Assembly (NCBI GenBank): GCA_041691135.1
Contig: JBEPVF010000001.1
Coordinates: 224,001-288,000 of the forward strand
From: Candidatus Peribacteria bacterium
GTDB lineage: Bacteria; Patescibacteriota; Gracilibacteria; Peribacterales; Peribacteraceae
Length of the DNA stretch: 64,000 nt
Direction of reading: 5' to 3'
A program made the translations under genes and the position numbers. How positions within the stretch are numbered: the stretch's first letter is position 1; every line of letters begins with the position of its first letter. Positions 31,223 to 40,939 of the stretch are shown here, piece by piece. The notes beneath the pieces were generated by a model. It was not told where the DNA came from. It worked only from the letters and a program-made list of their open reading frames with translations, and did not search any database.

Positions 31223-32239
31223 TCAGATCAATGCCCCCATTTTCATTGCCATCTCGGTTACGCGCATGGCGTAGCCCCATTCATTGTCGTACCAACTGAG
31301 AATCTGTAACGCAGTGCCATCCACGATTTTGGTCGATGGAGCATCCACGATCGACGAGTGTGGATCGGTTTGGAAATCAATCGAAACACATTGGTCATGT
31401 GATACCGACAGGATTTCCGTCAGAGCCGGCGTCCTGGCAGCCGACTCCAGCGCCTGATGCACCTCTTCGACCGTCGTGGCCTTCTTGACCGCAAATGCCA
31501 TGTATGCGCAACTGACGGTCGGCACGGGTACGCGGAATGCCATGCCGTCGAGTTTGCCTTTCAGATGAGGAAAGATTTTGGCGCACGCTTTGACGGCTCC
31601 GGTCTTGGTGGGAATTATCGACAACGTAGCCGCACGTGCCCGGCGCATTTCGCCTTCTTCCTGGGGACGATTATCGAGCAGATTCTGCGACGATGTAAAC
31701 GCATGCACCGAACTCACCAGCAGATGCTGCACACCGAATATTTCATCGATGACTTTGATGACCGGGGCGATACAATTGGTCGTACACGAGGCATTCGAAA
31801 TGATCAGCATATCTTTGGTCAGCTGATCATCATTTACGCCCTTCACGAAAGTCGGCGTATCGTCTTTCATAGGAGCCGTGACAATCACGCGTTTGGCACC
31901 AGCAGCCAGATGCCCCTTGGCCTGTTCGGCCGTTTCGAAGTGACCCGTCGATTCGACCACCACATCCACCTTCAATTCCTTCCACGGGCACTTGGCCGGA
32001 TCACGCTCCTTCACCACCATCACTTTTTTGCCATTCACCGTAAAATGATCATCACCGACTTCGATATCGCCCTTGAGCTTTCCATGCAGGGAATCGTATT
32101 TGAGCAGATAGGCCCGCATTTCGCTGTTGGAGGAAGCGTTGACCGCAACCACTTCCACTTGATCAGCATAGCGCTGCAAAAACTGACGGTGCACATTGCG
32201 ACCAATCCGACCGTATCCGTTAATAGCAACTCGTAACAT
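31223..32239 (-). CDS. gap: glyceraldehyde-3-phosphate dehydrogenase
   Basis: INGYGRIGR, SNASCTTNC, WYDNEWGY. Confidence 0.97.
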   Translation of the reverse strand: MLRVAINGYGRIGRNVHRQFLQRYADQVEVVAVNASSNSEMRAYLLKYDSLHGKLKGDIEVGDDHFTVNGKKVMVVKERDPAKCPWKELKVDVVVESTGHFETAEQAKGHLAAGAKRVIVTAPMKDDTPTFVKGVNDDQLTKDMLIISNASCTTNCIAPVIKVIDEIFGVQHLLVSSVHAFTSSQNLLDNRPQEEGEMRRARAATLSIIPTKTGAVKACAKIFPHLKGKLDGMAFRVPVPTVSCAYMAFAVKKATTVEEVHQALESAARTPALTEILSVSHDQCVSIDFQTDPHSSIVDAPSTKIVDGTALQILSWYDNEWGYAMRVTEMAMKMGALI

Positions 32240-32304
32240 GGTTGAATGATACTGAAAAAAGCAGGAAAGTGAAGCTGAGAGGGCTCCTAAAATCCTATCC
32301 GAGC

Positions 32305-33633
32305 TTATCCTGTTACCGCAAACACCAGCCCGATGAAGGCAAAGAATGCCCCGATGATCCACAACCGCATCGTTACCTTGCTTTCGCCCCATTCAAGCGC
32401 TTCGAAGTGATGATGAATCGGCGCTGCTTTGAATACCTTCTTGCCGCCTCGGAATTTTTTACTGGTCAGCTGAATGATGACCGACAGCATCTCGATGACG
32501 AAGACAAAACCAACCAGCGGCAGGATCAATGCCTGATCGGTCATCATGGCGATGAGACCGAGCGTCCCGCCCAGTGCGAGTGCGCCGGTATCGCCCATGT
32601 AGAAAAGTGCGGGCGGCACGTTGTGCCACAGGAAGGCGGCGAGTGCGCCGGTAGTGATCGCACAGAATCCGGCCAGGACATACAACCCGTGCAAATAGGC
32701 AAGCACGCCGAAAGCACCGAAAGCAATAATCAAGAGGCCGCCTGCCAACCCGTCCAATCCATCGGTCACATTCACCGCATTGGCCGTCCCAACGATGATG
32801 AACATGAAGAAGGGAATGTACAGCCAGCCGAGTCCGATCGTACCGATATGCAATGCACTGAACGAAAAGAGGCCGTAGAAGGGGACGTAAACTGCATCCC
32901 GTTCAAGTTTAAAATAGAACCAGAACGCTCCAAGTAACGCCACGAGCAGCAGCGACGTAATCTTCGGCAGAACAGCCAGACCTTTTTTAGCCCCCTGCTT
33001 CACCAAAAAGCGCATAAACCACTCATCGATTTTTTTGCCAACGGCCAGATACACCAACAAAAGAACCACGACAATCAAAAGTCCGGCCGCACCGGCAGAA
33101 GTGAGAGCATGCGAGAGATCAGCCCACACGCGCAATGGCGTACTGAAAATGAAAACCAGACCAACGATCACGGCCACGATACTGAGAATAAAAAAGGCTT
33201 TCATTGTCGGAACGAACTCGCGGATTTTCTTCTCGTCGCTGCTCACAATGTTCAAGTAGTCATCAACCGCACCAAGAATGCCGAGCGCGATCATCGTCAG
33301 CAGCGGCAAGTACACCTCCGTACGCTGAAGCAGTGAATTATGTACGACACCGAATAATGCCAGAACGCGCGAAAAAATAATCGTGAGCACGATGGAGCCC
33401 CAGATAAGCAAGCCACCCATCGTTGGCGTGCCGAATTTTTTCTCGTGATACTTGCGAAAAATCGATGCCTCGCGGCCATCGACCGTCTCGACACGTAATT
33501 GCTTGCCCAAGCGATTCCGACGCAAAAATGAGATAAACCACGGTGTCAGAATAAGACCCAAGAGGAACGCAAAAAAAGCGTATCCAAGAATGAAATGCAC
33601 CGAAAGTTCCGGACGGGGGAGAGGGGAAGGCAT
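32305..33633 (-). CDS. mraY: phospho-N-acetylmuramoyl-pentapeptide transferase with internal insertion
   Basis: GTPTMGG, DD, NAVNVTDGLDGL, MGDTG, APIHHHFE; start 33633 or 33669. Confidence 0.93.
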   Translation of the reverse strand: MPSPLPRPELSVHFILGYAFFAFLLGLILTPWFISFLRRNRLGKQLRVETVDGREASIFRKYHEKKFGTPTMGGLLIWGSIVLTIIFSRVLALFGVVHNSLLQRTEVYLPLLTMIALGILGAVDDYLNIVSSDEKKIREFVPTMKAFFILSIVAVIVGLVFIFSTPLRVWADLSHALTSAGAAGLLIVVVLLLVYLAVGKKIDEWFMRFLVKQGAKKGLAVLPKITSLLLVALLGAFWFYFKLERDAVYVPFYGLFSFSALHIGTIGLGWLYIPFFMFIIVGTANAVNVTDGLDGLAGGLLIIAFGAFGVLAYLHGLYVLAGFCAITTGALAAFLWHNVPPALFYMGDTGALALGGTLGLIAMMTDQALILPLVGFVFVIEMLSVIIQLTSKKFRGGKKVFKAAPIHHHFEALEWGESKVTMRLWIIGAFFAFIGLVFAVTG

Positions 33634-33690
33634 AGCAATAGGATAGAACTGTTGTTCAGTAATTGGCAACAGAGAGGATTCCCCGAGTCC

Positions 33691-35070
33691 TCAATCATCA
33701 TCATTCCCTCTGCTCATCGCACTATGCGCCACATCAACATCATAAAATCTGGTCTGCTCTTTTTTGAAAACCAACTCCACTCGACCCACCGGACCATTAC
33801 GATGTTTGCGGATGTACACGTCGCACATACCCGGACGCGAACTGTCTTCTTCGTAGTAATCCTCGCGGTAGAGCATCATCACCACATCGGCATCCTGTTC
33901 GATGGAACCGGAATCACGCAGGTCGGAAAGTTGCGGAATGTTTCCCGGGCGTGTTTCGACGGCGCGTGATAGTTGCGAGAGCGCCAGAATCGGCACCCGT
34001 AGTTCGCGGCCGATCTGTTTGAGAGTACGCGAAATTTCGGAAATTTCCTGCACGCGATTGCCGGCGAAGTGACTGTTGCCGGTGCTCATCAGTTGCAGGT
34101 AATCGATGATGATCAGATCCAGACCGTACTCCATCTGCAACCGCCGCGCCTTGGCCCGCAATTCCGGCAACGATGAAGCGACAGAATCATCGATGAAGAT
34201 GTTGGCCTTGTTGAGCTCATCCATGATCGGACCCATGTTCTGAAAATCACCGTCATCGAGCTTTCCGCGCTGGAGCTTCCACGAATCGACGCCCAGCATC
34301 GAGGCGAACAAACGATCGACCAGTTGTTCCTTGCTCATTTCGAGCGAGAAGATGGCAACCGTTTTGTTATTTTTGATACTCGCATTTTGAGCTATGTTCA
34401 GCGCCAAAGCCGTCTTTCCCATCGAAGGGCGGGCGGCTAAAATGACCAGATCGCTCGGCTGTAAACCGGACAGTTTATTATCAAGCGCCTGGAATCCGGT
34501 CGGCACGCCTTTGACCGCGCTGTCATCGCCGGCCTCGTGCATCTCGGCAAACTTTTCGTAGCGAGCTCCCAGAATTTCACGGATGTGGACGAATTTATCT
34601 TTGAGGAATGTATTGCTGATGGCAAAGATGGATTTTTCCACTTCGTCGAGGAGTTCTGTCACCGGTCGCTCTACTTCGTACCCCAGTGCCGTAATCTTCT
34701 GTCCGGCCTCAATGATGCGGCGATGTACGGCCTTCGTTTTCACGATCTGGCCATACTGATAGATATGCGAAGACGTAGGTACTCCGGTCGCAAGATCTGC
34801 TAAAAACGCACTGCCACCGATCTCCTGAATGCGTTTATTGTCAGCCAGACGAGTCGAGACAGTCACGAAGTCGATCGGCTCGTGCCGTTGGTACAGGTCC
34901 ATGATCGAGCTGAAGATCATGCGATACGTCGGGTCGTAGAAATCATCAGGCTGCAACAAGTCTGACACCTTAATAATGGCTTCTGGATCAAGCAAAAGAG
35001 CTCCCAAAACCGTCCGTTCCGCTTCGGTGGCATGGGGTTGCGCTTCGAGGATGGATGGAATCACGGACAC
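33691..35070 (-). CDS. dnaB: replicative DNA helicase
   Basis: ARPSMGKT, SLEMS, IDYLQL, LRDSGSIEQDAD; no intein. Confidence 0.97.
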   Translation of the reverse strand: MSVIPSILEAQPHATEAERTVLGALLLDPEAIIKVSDLLQPDDFYDPTYRMIFSSIMDLYQRHEPIDFVTVSTRLADNKRIQEIGGSAFLADLATGVPTSSHIYQYGQIVKTKAVHRRIIEAGQKITALGYEVERPVTELLDEVEKSIFAISNTFLKDKFVHIREILGARYEKFAEMHEAGDDSAVKGVPTGFQALDNKLSGLQPSDLVILAARPSMGKTALALNIAQNASIKNNKTVAIFSLEMSKEQLVDRLFASMLGVDSWKLQRGKLDDGDFQNMGPIMDELNKANIFIDDSVASSLPELRAKARRLQMEYGLDLIIIDYLQLMSTGNSHFAGNRVQEISEISRTLKQIGRELRVPILALSQLSRAVETRPGNIPQLSDLRDSGSIEQDADVVMMLYREDYYEEDSSRPGMCDVYIRKHRNGPVGRVELVFKKEQTRFYDVDVAHSAMSRGNDDD

Positions 35071-35164
35071 AAGCAGGGAGAGAACGAAAGATTATTCATT
35101 CTATGGTTCTCAGTCGTCCACGCAATGAAATGAGCATGACACCGCTCGACTTCCTGACGAAATG

Positions 35165-35195
35165 TGTGCGCAATGTGTGGAGAGAATGTGGATAT
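35165..35195 (-). promoter_or_regulatory. three phased DnaA-box-like 9-mers upstream of dnaB
   Basis: ATATCCACA, CTCTCCACA, TTGCGCACA at 11-bp spacing. Confidence 0.45.
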
Positions 35196-35250
35196 GTCTC
35201 GTAGGAGCAGCTGCAAGAGGAGATATAACAAAAAAGCCTACTGAATAACC

Positions 35251-35293
35251 AACAAAAAGAGATCAGTGGCTAGTTACAATCTAGTCACTGATC
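35251..35293 (-). terminator. recA intrinsic terminator
   Basis: 13-bp near-perfect stem followed by TCTTTTTTGTT on the minus strand. Confidence 0.75.
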
Positions 35294-35340
35294 ATAGTCC
35301 TGATCCCATTTATCTTGAACGAATGAAGCAAGACGACAGA

Positions 35341-36438
35341 TTACACAATCATTCCGGATGACGTCCGAATCTCCGCATCCAGCTTCTTCACAATTTGTGG
35401 ATTCTGAAGAAGGAACATACGCGCCTGCTCACGTCCTTGTCCGAGTGTTTCCTCGCCGTACCGGAAGTACGCACCGGCTTTCTCGATCACATTGAACTTC
35501 ACCCCCAAGTCGAGAATTTCGCCTTCGCGACTGATACCATTGGCATAGAGAATATCGAACTCGGCCTGACGGAATGGAGGAGCGACCTTGTTTTTCACGA
35601 CTTTGACACGTGTACGGTTGCCAACAATTTGCTGATTCTCATCAGTTTTTTCGCCGGTCGCCTTATCGAGCACTTTATCGATGCGACGCACATCCAGACG
35701 CAGTGATGCATAGAACTTCAGCGCATTACCACCGGTCGTTGTTTCGGGGTTGCCGAACATTACGCCGATCTTCATGCGCAACTGGTTAATGAACACCACC
35801 GAACAACTGGTCTTACTCACAATGGAAGTGAGTTTGCGAAGAGCCTGACTCATCAGACGAGCCTGCAGACCCATGTGGCTGTCACCCATCATGCCTTCGA
35901 TTTCGGCCCGCGGAGTGAGAGCTGCGACTGAGTCGATGACAACGATGTCGATGGCGCCGGACCGAACGAGTGTTTCGGTAATCTCGAGCGCCGACTCGCC
36001 ATCGTCCGGCTGCGAGACCAGAAGATTGTCGACATCCACACCGATCTTTTTGGCATACTGCACATCCAGGGCATGTTCCGCATCGATGAATGCCGCCTTG
36101 CCTCCACTTTTCTGTACTTGTGAGATGGCATGGAGTGCGAGCGTCGTCTTACCCGATGACTCAGGACCGAAAATTTCGATGATGCGTCCCAGCGGAATGC
36201 CGCCGCCCAGTGCCAAGTCGAGCGATAGGGAGCCAGAGGAAACTTTGCGAATATTGACTGCATACGTGTCATTCATCTGCATAATGGCGCCTTTGCCATG
36301 CCGTTTTTCAATTTCCTGAAGAGCTAATTTGATGGCATCGGCCTTGCCTGATGCGACACTTTCTTTGGCAGAGGGGGATTTGGTCGGCTTTGTAGTTGGT
36401 TCCATGAGTGCGGAATCGGAAGAAGTAGTACGAGGCAT
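35341..36438 (-). CDS. recA: recombinase RecA
   Basis: [33 protein letters not shown]. Confidence 0.98.
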   Translation of the reverse strand: MPRTTSSDSALMEPTTKPTKSPSAKESVASGKADAIKLALQEIEKRHGKGAIMQMNDTYAVNIRKVSSGSLSLDLALGGGIPLGRIIEIFGPESSGKTTLALHAISQVQKSGGKAAFIDAEHALDVQYAKKIGVDVDNLLVSQPDDGESALEITETLVRSGAIDIVVIDSVAALTPRAEIEGMMGDSHMGLQARLMSQALRKLTSIVSKTSCSVVFINQLRMKIGVMFGNPETTTGGNALKFYASLRLDVRRIDKVLDKATGEKTDENQQIVGNRTRVKVVKNKVAPPFRQAEFDILYANGISREGEILDLGVKFNVIEKAGAYFRYGEETLGQGREQARMFLLQNPQIVKKLDAEIRTSSGMIV

Positions 36439-36779
36439 GATAGAGGGAGGAATAAGAGGAGGTAAATGAAGAAAGTTGGAACGTTACAGAATGGGGACGA
36501 GTGAACGCCGGACAATCGGCTATGCCGCATGCATCGCGGCGTTCTACTCAGGAATGGAACAGATGAGTGGGGGAATGGAAGTAAAGGAGGTGTCTGAACG
36601 TCCACCCACATCCTAACAAATCATCGTAGGAGGTCAAAAAAGTGTCCTTGAAAGCCTTTTAGTTTATGTTGGTGTATTATCGTACACCATCAGGTTGGGC
36701 TACAGCCTGAGCTGGGAAAATCGCTTCTACGATTTTGAGGACTCCGAGGAAACCGACGGCGCCGACGAAGCCGAGGACA

Positions 36780-37059
36780 GACCCCCTTCACTACTCCCAG
36801 GCGGCTACAGCCGCCTAACTTCTTCGCAGGCTCACAATTCCAGACAATGACCCCCTCCGCCTATGTGGTGGGGATAGGTGGGTACGAACTTCCTTGTCGC
36901 CTGCCCATAGGCGCGACAAGGAAGTGAGGTGGGTCATAGAGGCGGCCTGTCCGGCGTAGCCCGCAGGCGAAGTCGGATGCGCTTCTTTTTGGTTCTTTTT
37001 CTTGTCGCGGGGAGACAAGAAAAAGAACACCTTGAGCGATTGGAAAAGTTTGTGCCGAG
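36780..37059. ncRNA. structured repeat element, copy B, with 32-nt nested hairpin
   Basis: Aligns with 29830-30076; extra segment 36946-36977. Confidence 0.75.
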
Positions 37060-37195
37060 TTGAAGTCTGACCATCGCGCCAAGAGATGGCGCTCTACAGG
37101 TGCGGCACATGCTCACGATGAATCACCTACATTCCACCACCCGCGGAGAAAGCGGCAGCGCCACGCTTATGAAACTGCAGTGATGCTGTGGACAA

Positions 37196-38107
37196 TCAAT
37201 AGGCTGTGCAATGCCCTGTATTTGATGCTTGATCTTCGACTATGCAGTACTGACCTGCCGGACAAAGGATTCCAGCCACGCCACCACACGGCCCACCAGG
37301 TTTGGCAACACGGGAACCTGTCGCTGTCGTGGTGCCAGTGGGAGGAAGTTTGGCTTTCGTGGTACTGCCACTGGCCGCGAGCGTGCCCGAGATGCGCACG
37401 GATTGCAGAATACGTTCCACGAGATCACTGCTGACGAGCGGCTGAAGCACATCGCCCGGTGCAAAGATGAACGTGATGACTGTCGCGTCTTTCGCCGTAG
37501 TTGCCTGATCTTCGATCGAAACATTGAGCGAATCGGGTGTGCGATGCATGACCGCACGATGCAACGAGACAGGTGAAGGCAAAACAGCCACCGCTCCGGT
37601 ACCATCGGTTGCAGCCGCCCAATCGTACGGCAAGTCGGTCATCTTTTCGCGCAGGATCGTAAGCGGAGGAATCGTTGAACCGGAAGCCGAAAACGTGGCA
37701 ATCGATTTCTTGATATCCGCTTTCCAACTGGCGGGAACGGAGAGGCTCATGGAAAAAGCCGGGACGGTCCATTCGCGCAAGTCCGCCTGGTCATCCTTGA
37801 TCGCCGTCACATTGATGACCGGTGCGAGTTTCGTATCCGTATTGGCACTGAATGTTCCGGTGATATCGATCGGATGATTGGCATGTCGGAACAGATCGAT
37901 GGTCGAGCTATCGGCAAAATACAATGGCTGGCCGCTGACCAGCACTTCGTGCGTACCGCGACGGGCAATATTGATCGGCAACGGCCGCAACACCACATTG
38001 CGCAACGTTTGCTCGCCAACGGGAATAGCGGATTGTGACGAGCCACCGCACGCTGCCAGGAGCGAACAAGTGAGTGCGAGCGCGACGAGAGAGTTCCGTG
38101 CAAACAT
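37196..38107 (-). CDS. lipoprotein with C-terminal Cys-rich module
   Basis: Lipobox LAAC; CGGVAGILCPAGQYC...C. Confidence 0.8.
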   Translation of the reverse strand: MFARNSLVALALTCSLLAACGGSSQSAIPVGEQTLRNVVLRPLPINIARRGTHEVLVSGQPLYFADSSTIDLFRHANHPIDITGTFSANTDTKLAPVINVTAIKDDQADLREWTVPAFSMSLSVPASWKADIKKSIATFSASGSTIPPLTILREKMTDLPYDWAAATDGTGAVAVLPSPVSLHRAVMHRTPDSLNVSIEDQATTAKDATVITFIFAPGDVLQPLVSSDLVERILQSVRISGTLAASGSTTKAKLPPTGTTTATGSRVAKPGGPCGGVAGILCPAGQYCIVEDQASNTGHCTAY

Positions 38108-38151
38108 GACGGCAATAATTTTATCAGTGACCGATGGCTATGGTAAGTGCG

Positions 38152-39258
38152 TTACGCCTTCTTGCTCAGATCCAGAGCGTACACCGCACGACCGACGCGC
38201 GTGAAGTACGGCATTTTCTGCAAGTTGAGCGAAATGGTACCCACCTTCACGGTGCGCTGCTTGGCGACTTCGGCGATGATCTCGCGCTTCGACAGCGGAC
38301 CCTTATCGCGCAGGATATTTTCGATCACGTCGGCGACCGTACCCGGCTCGTAGCCCCATTCACGCAGTGCGTACAGACCGCGACCGACCAACACGAATTG
38401 AGGGTAGCGGATCAACTCGTTGTGCACCGCCTGGACCGTGACATGCTTGTGATCGAAGCCAGCCTCGCGAATACGGTTGGCGATTTCCATAAAGTGCAGC
38501 GGCTCGCCGGACTTGCGAAGAATGATTTCGACTTTGTCGCGGATGCTGCGCGGACGGACGAATCTCCATTCGGTCAAACCCCAACCTTCGTCAATCTCGC
38601 GGAGACGTTCATCGATTTTGAGCGTGCTGACAATGAGTTCACGGCTCGGCACGCGATCTTTGAACAAGTTGAGCGCCTGGATGGCAGACACGAGTTCATC
38701 CTGCTTCATGCAGGTCTTGCGCTTGCGCAGGATGCGCACGATGTTATCGACGATCAACGAAATATCATCGGCTGACAAACTGCTGAGTCTCCAGAACGGA
38801 ACGAACGTGCTGTTCTTACCGGTGGAACTCATCTCGTTATCGATGGAGAACGACAGGCGGAGCACTGCGCCATCGGCCTGTGCACTTCCTTGAATGCGCT
38901 TGAGGACGAGACTGATCAACTCGTCTTCCGGCATGACACCGCCATGGAGGCGGAGGATATTCTTTGCAAGTTCATTGACCTCATCGAGTCGTGTGGTCCG
39001 CACCGTGCGGCGGAGCTTGCTGAGGGCAATGGCCTCGATCTGACGGATGCGCTCACGTGTGACTTTGAAATGCTTGCCGATCTTTTCCAGAGTCTGCTTC
39101 GGCTGGCCAAATAAAGCGAAGCGTTTCTTAATCACCATGACTTCCTTTTCGGTTAATACCAGAAAAAGATTTTGAAGCAAATCCTGTAAGTTGACGGTAA
39201 TTTGAGAGTTCATGGCTTGCTGGTGAGGAGTGGCAGTAGTCGTAACCGGAGTCGGCAT
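38152..39258 (-). CDS. sigma70 region-4-like HTH plus winged-HTH protein
   Basis: TLEKIGKHFKVTRERIRQIE; PLHFMEI, VHNELI, VLVGRGLYAL; no sigma region 2. Confidence 0.8.
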   Translation of the reverse strand: MPTPVTTTATPHQQAMNSQITVNLQDLLQNLFLVLTEKEVMVIKKRFALFGQPKQTLEKIGKHFKVTRERIRQIEAIALSKLRRTVRTTRLDEVNELAKNILRLHGGVMPEDELISLVLKRIQGSAQADGAVLRLSFSIDNEMSSTGKNSTFVPFWRLSSLSADDISLIVDNIVRILRKRKTCMKQDELVSAIQALNLFKDRVPSRELIVSTLKIDERLREIDEGWGLTEWRFVRPRSIRDKVEIILRKSGEPLHFMEIANRIREAGFDHKHVTVQAVHNELIRYPQFVLVGRGLYALREWGYEPGTVADVIENILRDKGPLSKREIIAEVAKQRTVKVGTISLNLQKMPYFTRVGRAVYALDLSKKA

Positions 39259-39420
39259 GGAGGGCGGGGAAAGAACAACCCTCGTTTTACCAGATAATTG
39301 ACAGGAGCAAAAGAACTTCACAAGAGAGATGTAGACGACGACCATGACTTGTTTCACGCTGTTTCAATGTCAGGAAGTCACTACACTGTAAGTGATACTT
39401 TAATTTAAATTCACCAATTG

Positions 39421-39819
39421 TCAATAGCCTAAATAGGTAGTCAGAATCTGGGTGGCCGCTGCCGCGTTATCGTCTTCTGCTTGCGGTAAAACACGTTCTT
39501 TGCGCTCTCCTGATGTCCGCCGTGGGGTGGTATATCGCTCGTCTTTATAGAGAAGGGGAGTACCCAGAGCTTCCAGGAGCGCTCCGTACTCACGAACGAT
39601 GCTCGTTTGCGTGCCTTCTTCACCGGAGGGAAGCAGTGGAAGACCGATCAGAATCGTATCGATAGAACGAGCATCGCGAATTTTTTTTACCGCATCACAC
39701 AGCTGTTCTTTCGTGCGATGTTCGATCGTGTCGAGCGGCAGGGGAATGCCATTATCGGTATCGACGTATGCGACGCCGGTGTGGCGAGTGCCGATGTCGA
39801 GAGCGAGGAGACGGGGCAT
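39421..39819 (-). CDS. ruvX: YqgF/RuvX pre-16S rRNA nuclease
   Basis: LALDIGTRHTGVA, IGLP, DERYTT, AAATQIL. Confidence 0.92.
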   Translation of the reverse strand: MPRLLALDIGTRHTGVAYVDTDNGIPLPLDTIEHRTKEQLCDAVKKIRDARSIDTILIGLPLLPSGEEGTQTSIVREYGALLEALGTPLLYKDERYTTPRRTSGERKERVLPQAEDDNAAAATQILTTYLGY

Positions 39820-39845
39820 GTAAATTGAGAATTGATAATGGAAAA

Positions 39846-40397
39846 TTATTCGTTGAAAGAATTGATGGCCGTGAGCAATTCGGGGAAAGAAGTGTAACCG
39901 GCGGCGGCATTCAAATGTCCGCCGTGAGGGATGACATGCAGCGGTGCGCTCAGAAAGTCGCTCAGCTCTCTTGTTTTGTCGATGGAGACAAAGGGATCGT
40001 CGTCACCACAGAATACTTCGAAGTGTCCGCACTGCGCGCGCAAGCGCTGGCGATCGAACAGTTGAATGAACGATGTCATGCGTGGAGCGTAGGCGTTATT
40101 CGGCAATGTCATGAAACCCGAGACGAGAAATGACGCAGCGACCGGTTGGTCGAGCGACGAAAGCAGTGAGAGAAGAAAGGGGACTCCCAAACTGTGTCCG
40201 ATCAAAATTGTTTGATCGTTCATCTGCGAACGATACGGTTCCATATACGTGAGCCACTCATCGAGTGTCGGCTGATCCGCATGCGGCAATGCCGGTATGG
40301 TCACTGTATGACCCTCGGCTTCCAGCTGCTGCTTGAGCCACGGAAACCAGTTCTCGGCCGGGTGTCCTTCGATGCCGTGAAAGATGAAAAACTGCAT
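39846..40397 (-). CDS. RBBP9/YdeN alpha/beta hydrolase
   Basis: HG...WFPWL, GHSLG, DDPFV, GGHLN. Confidence 0.9.
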   Translation of the reverse strand: MQFFIFHGIEGHPAENWFPWLKQQLEAEGHTVTIPALPHADQPTLDEWLTYMEPYRSQMNDQTILIGHSLGVPFLLSLLSSLDQPVAASFLVSGFMTLPNNAYAPRMTSFIQLFDRQRLRAQCGHFEVFCGDDDPFVSIDKTRELSDFLSAPLHVIPHGGHLNAAAGYTSFPELLTAINSFNE

Positions 40398-40498
40398 GGG
40401 GATGAGGATACTCTCTGAGAACCTAGCAGCAAAAACTTGATTACACTATTGATGATAAAGATTATGAACATAAGATTAATCAATAATAATCACATGCA

Positions 40499-40523
40499 AC
40501 ACCCCGACCATTGGTCGGGGTGT
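40499..40523 (-). terminator. hairpin after small membrane ORF
   Basis: ACACCCCGACCA-T-TGGTCGGGGTGT. Confidence 0.55.
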
Positions 40524-40544
40524 GCCCATTCCTGAGTCGTGACT

Positions 40545-40739
40545 TCAGTCCCGAAGTTGGTAACCGAAGAAGGCAAAACCGCCTGCGAGCTGCACGCCGG
40601 GGAGAAAGGCACAGGCAGCCGCATACAGCCGGAATCCAATCGGTTCATCCAAGAAACCGAGCAGGCCGAGGCAAAGCAGTAATGTGATAACTGCGGCCAC
40701 CCCTGCTGCAACAATCAAACGCCTCCCGATTTTTTCCAT
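40545..40739 (-). CDS. small 2-TM membrane protein (64 aa)
   Basis: GAGGA SD, consensus promoter upstream, hairpin downstream. Confidence 0.62.
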   Translation of the reverse strand: MEKIGRRLIVAAGVAAVITLLLCLGLLGFLDEPIGFRLYAAACAFLPGVQLAGGFAFFGYQLRD

Positions 40740-40820
40740 TGTCGTCCTCGAATTGTGGAATGAGCAGTCCAGCCAGAGCCCGGCACGAGCCAAGCAGCAT
40801 AAGCGCTGAACATATTTATT

Positions 40821-40848
40821 ATTATAATTAATATAAATTAAATGTCAA
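40821..40848 (-). promoter_or_regulatory. consensus sigma70 promoter
   Basis: TTGACA-16nt-TATAAT on the minus strand. Confidence 0.7.
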
Positions 40849-40939
40849 TTTAAGTACATAAAAGGAGCAGGATAGACAAAGCAAGCAGGAAGAAAATGTA
40901 AACACGAATGCTCTTTAGTTCTGATTTATTGCAGCTGCT

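Noticed and set aside
27655-35215. Additional REP copies at ~27657 and ~35201
   Set aside because: Only short partial matches without the full hairpin
33691-36438. Inteins in dnaB or recA
   Set aside because: Normal lengths and no splice motifs
29805-36778. CRISPR array from the 9-mer or heptamer repeats
   Set aside because: No 25-40 nt repeats with unique spacers and no cas genes
29847-37116. Similar short ORFs at 29847-30113 and 36815-37116
   Set aside because: They are translations of the structured repeat; frames are not conserved and changes compensate base pairing, not codons
38152-39258. Sigma factor
   Set aside because: Only a region-4-like HTH; no region 2
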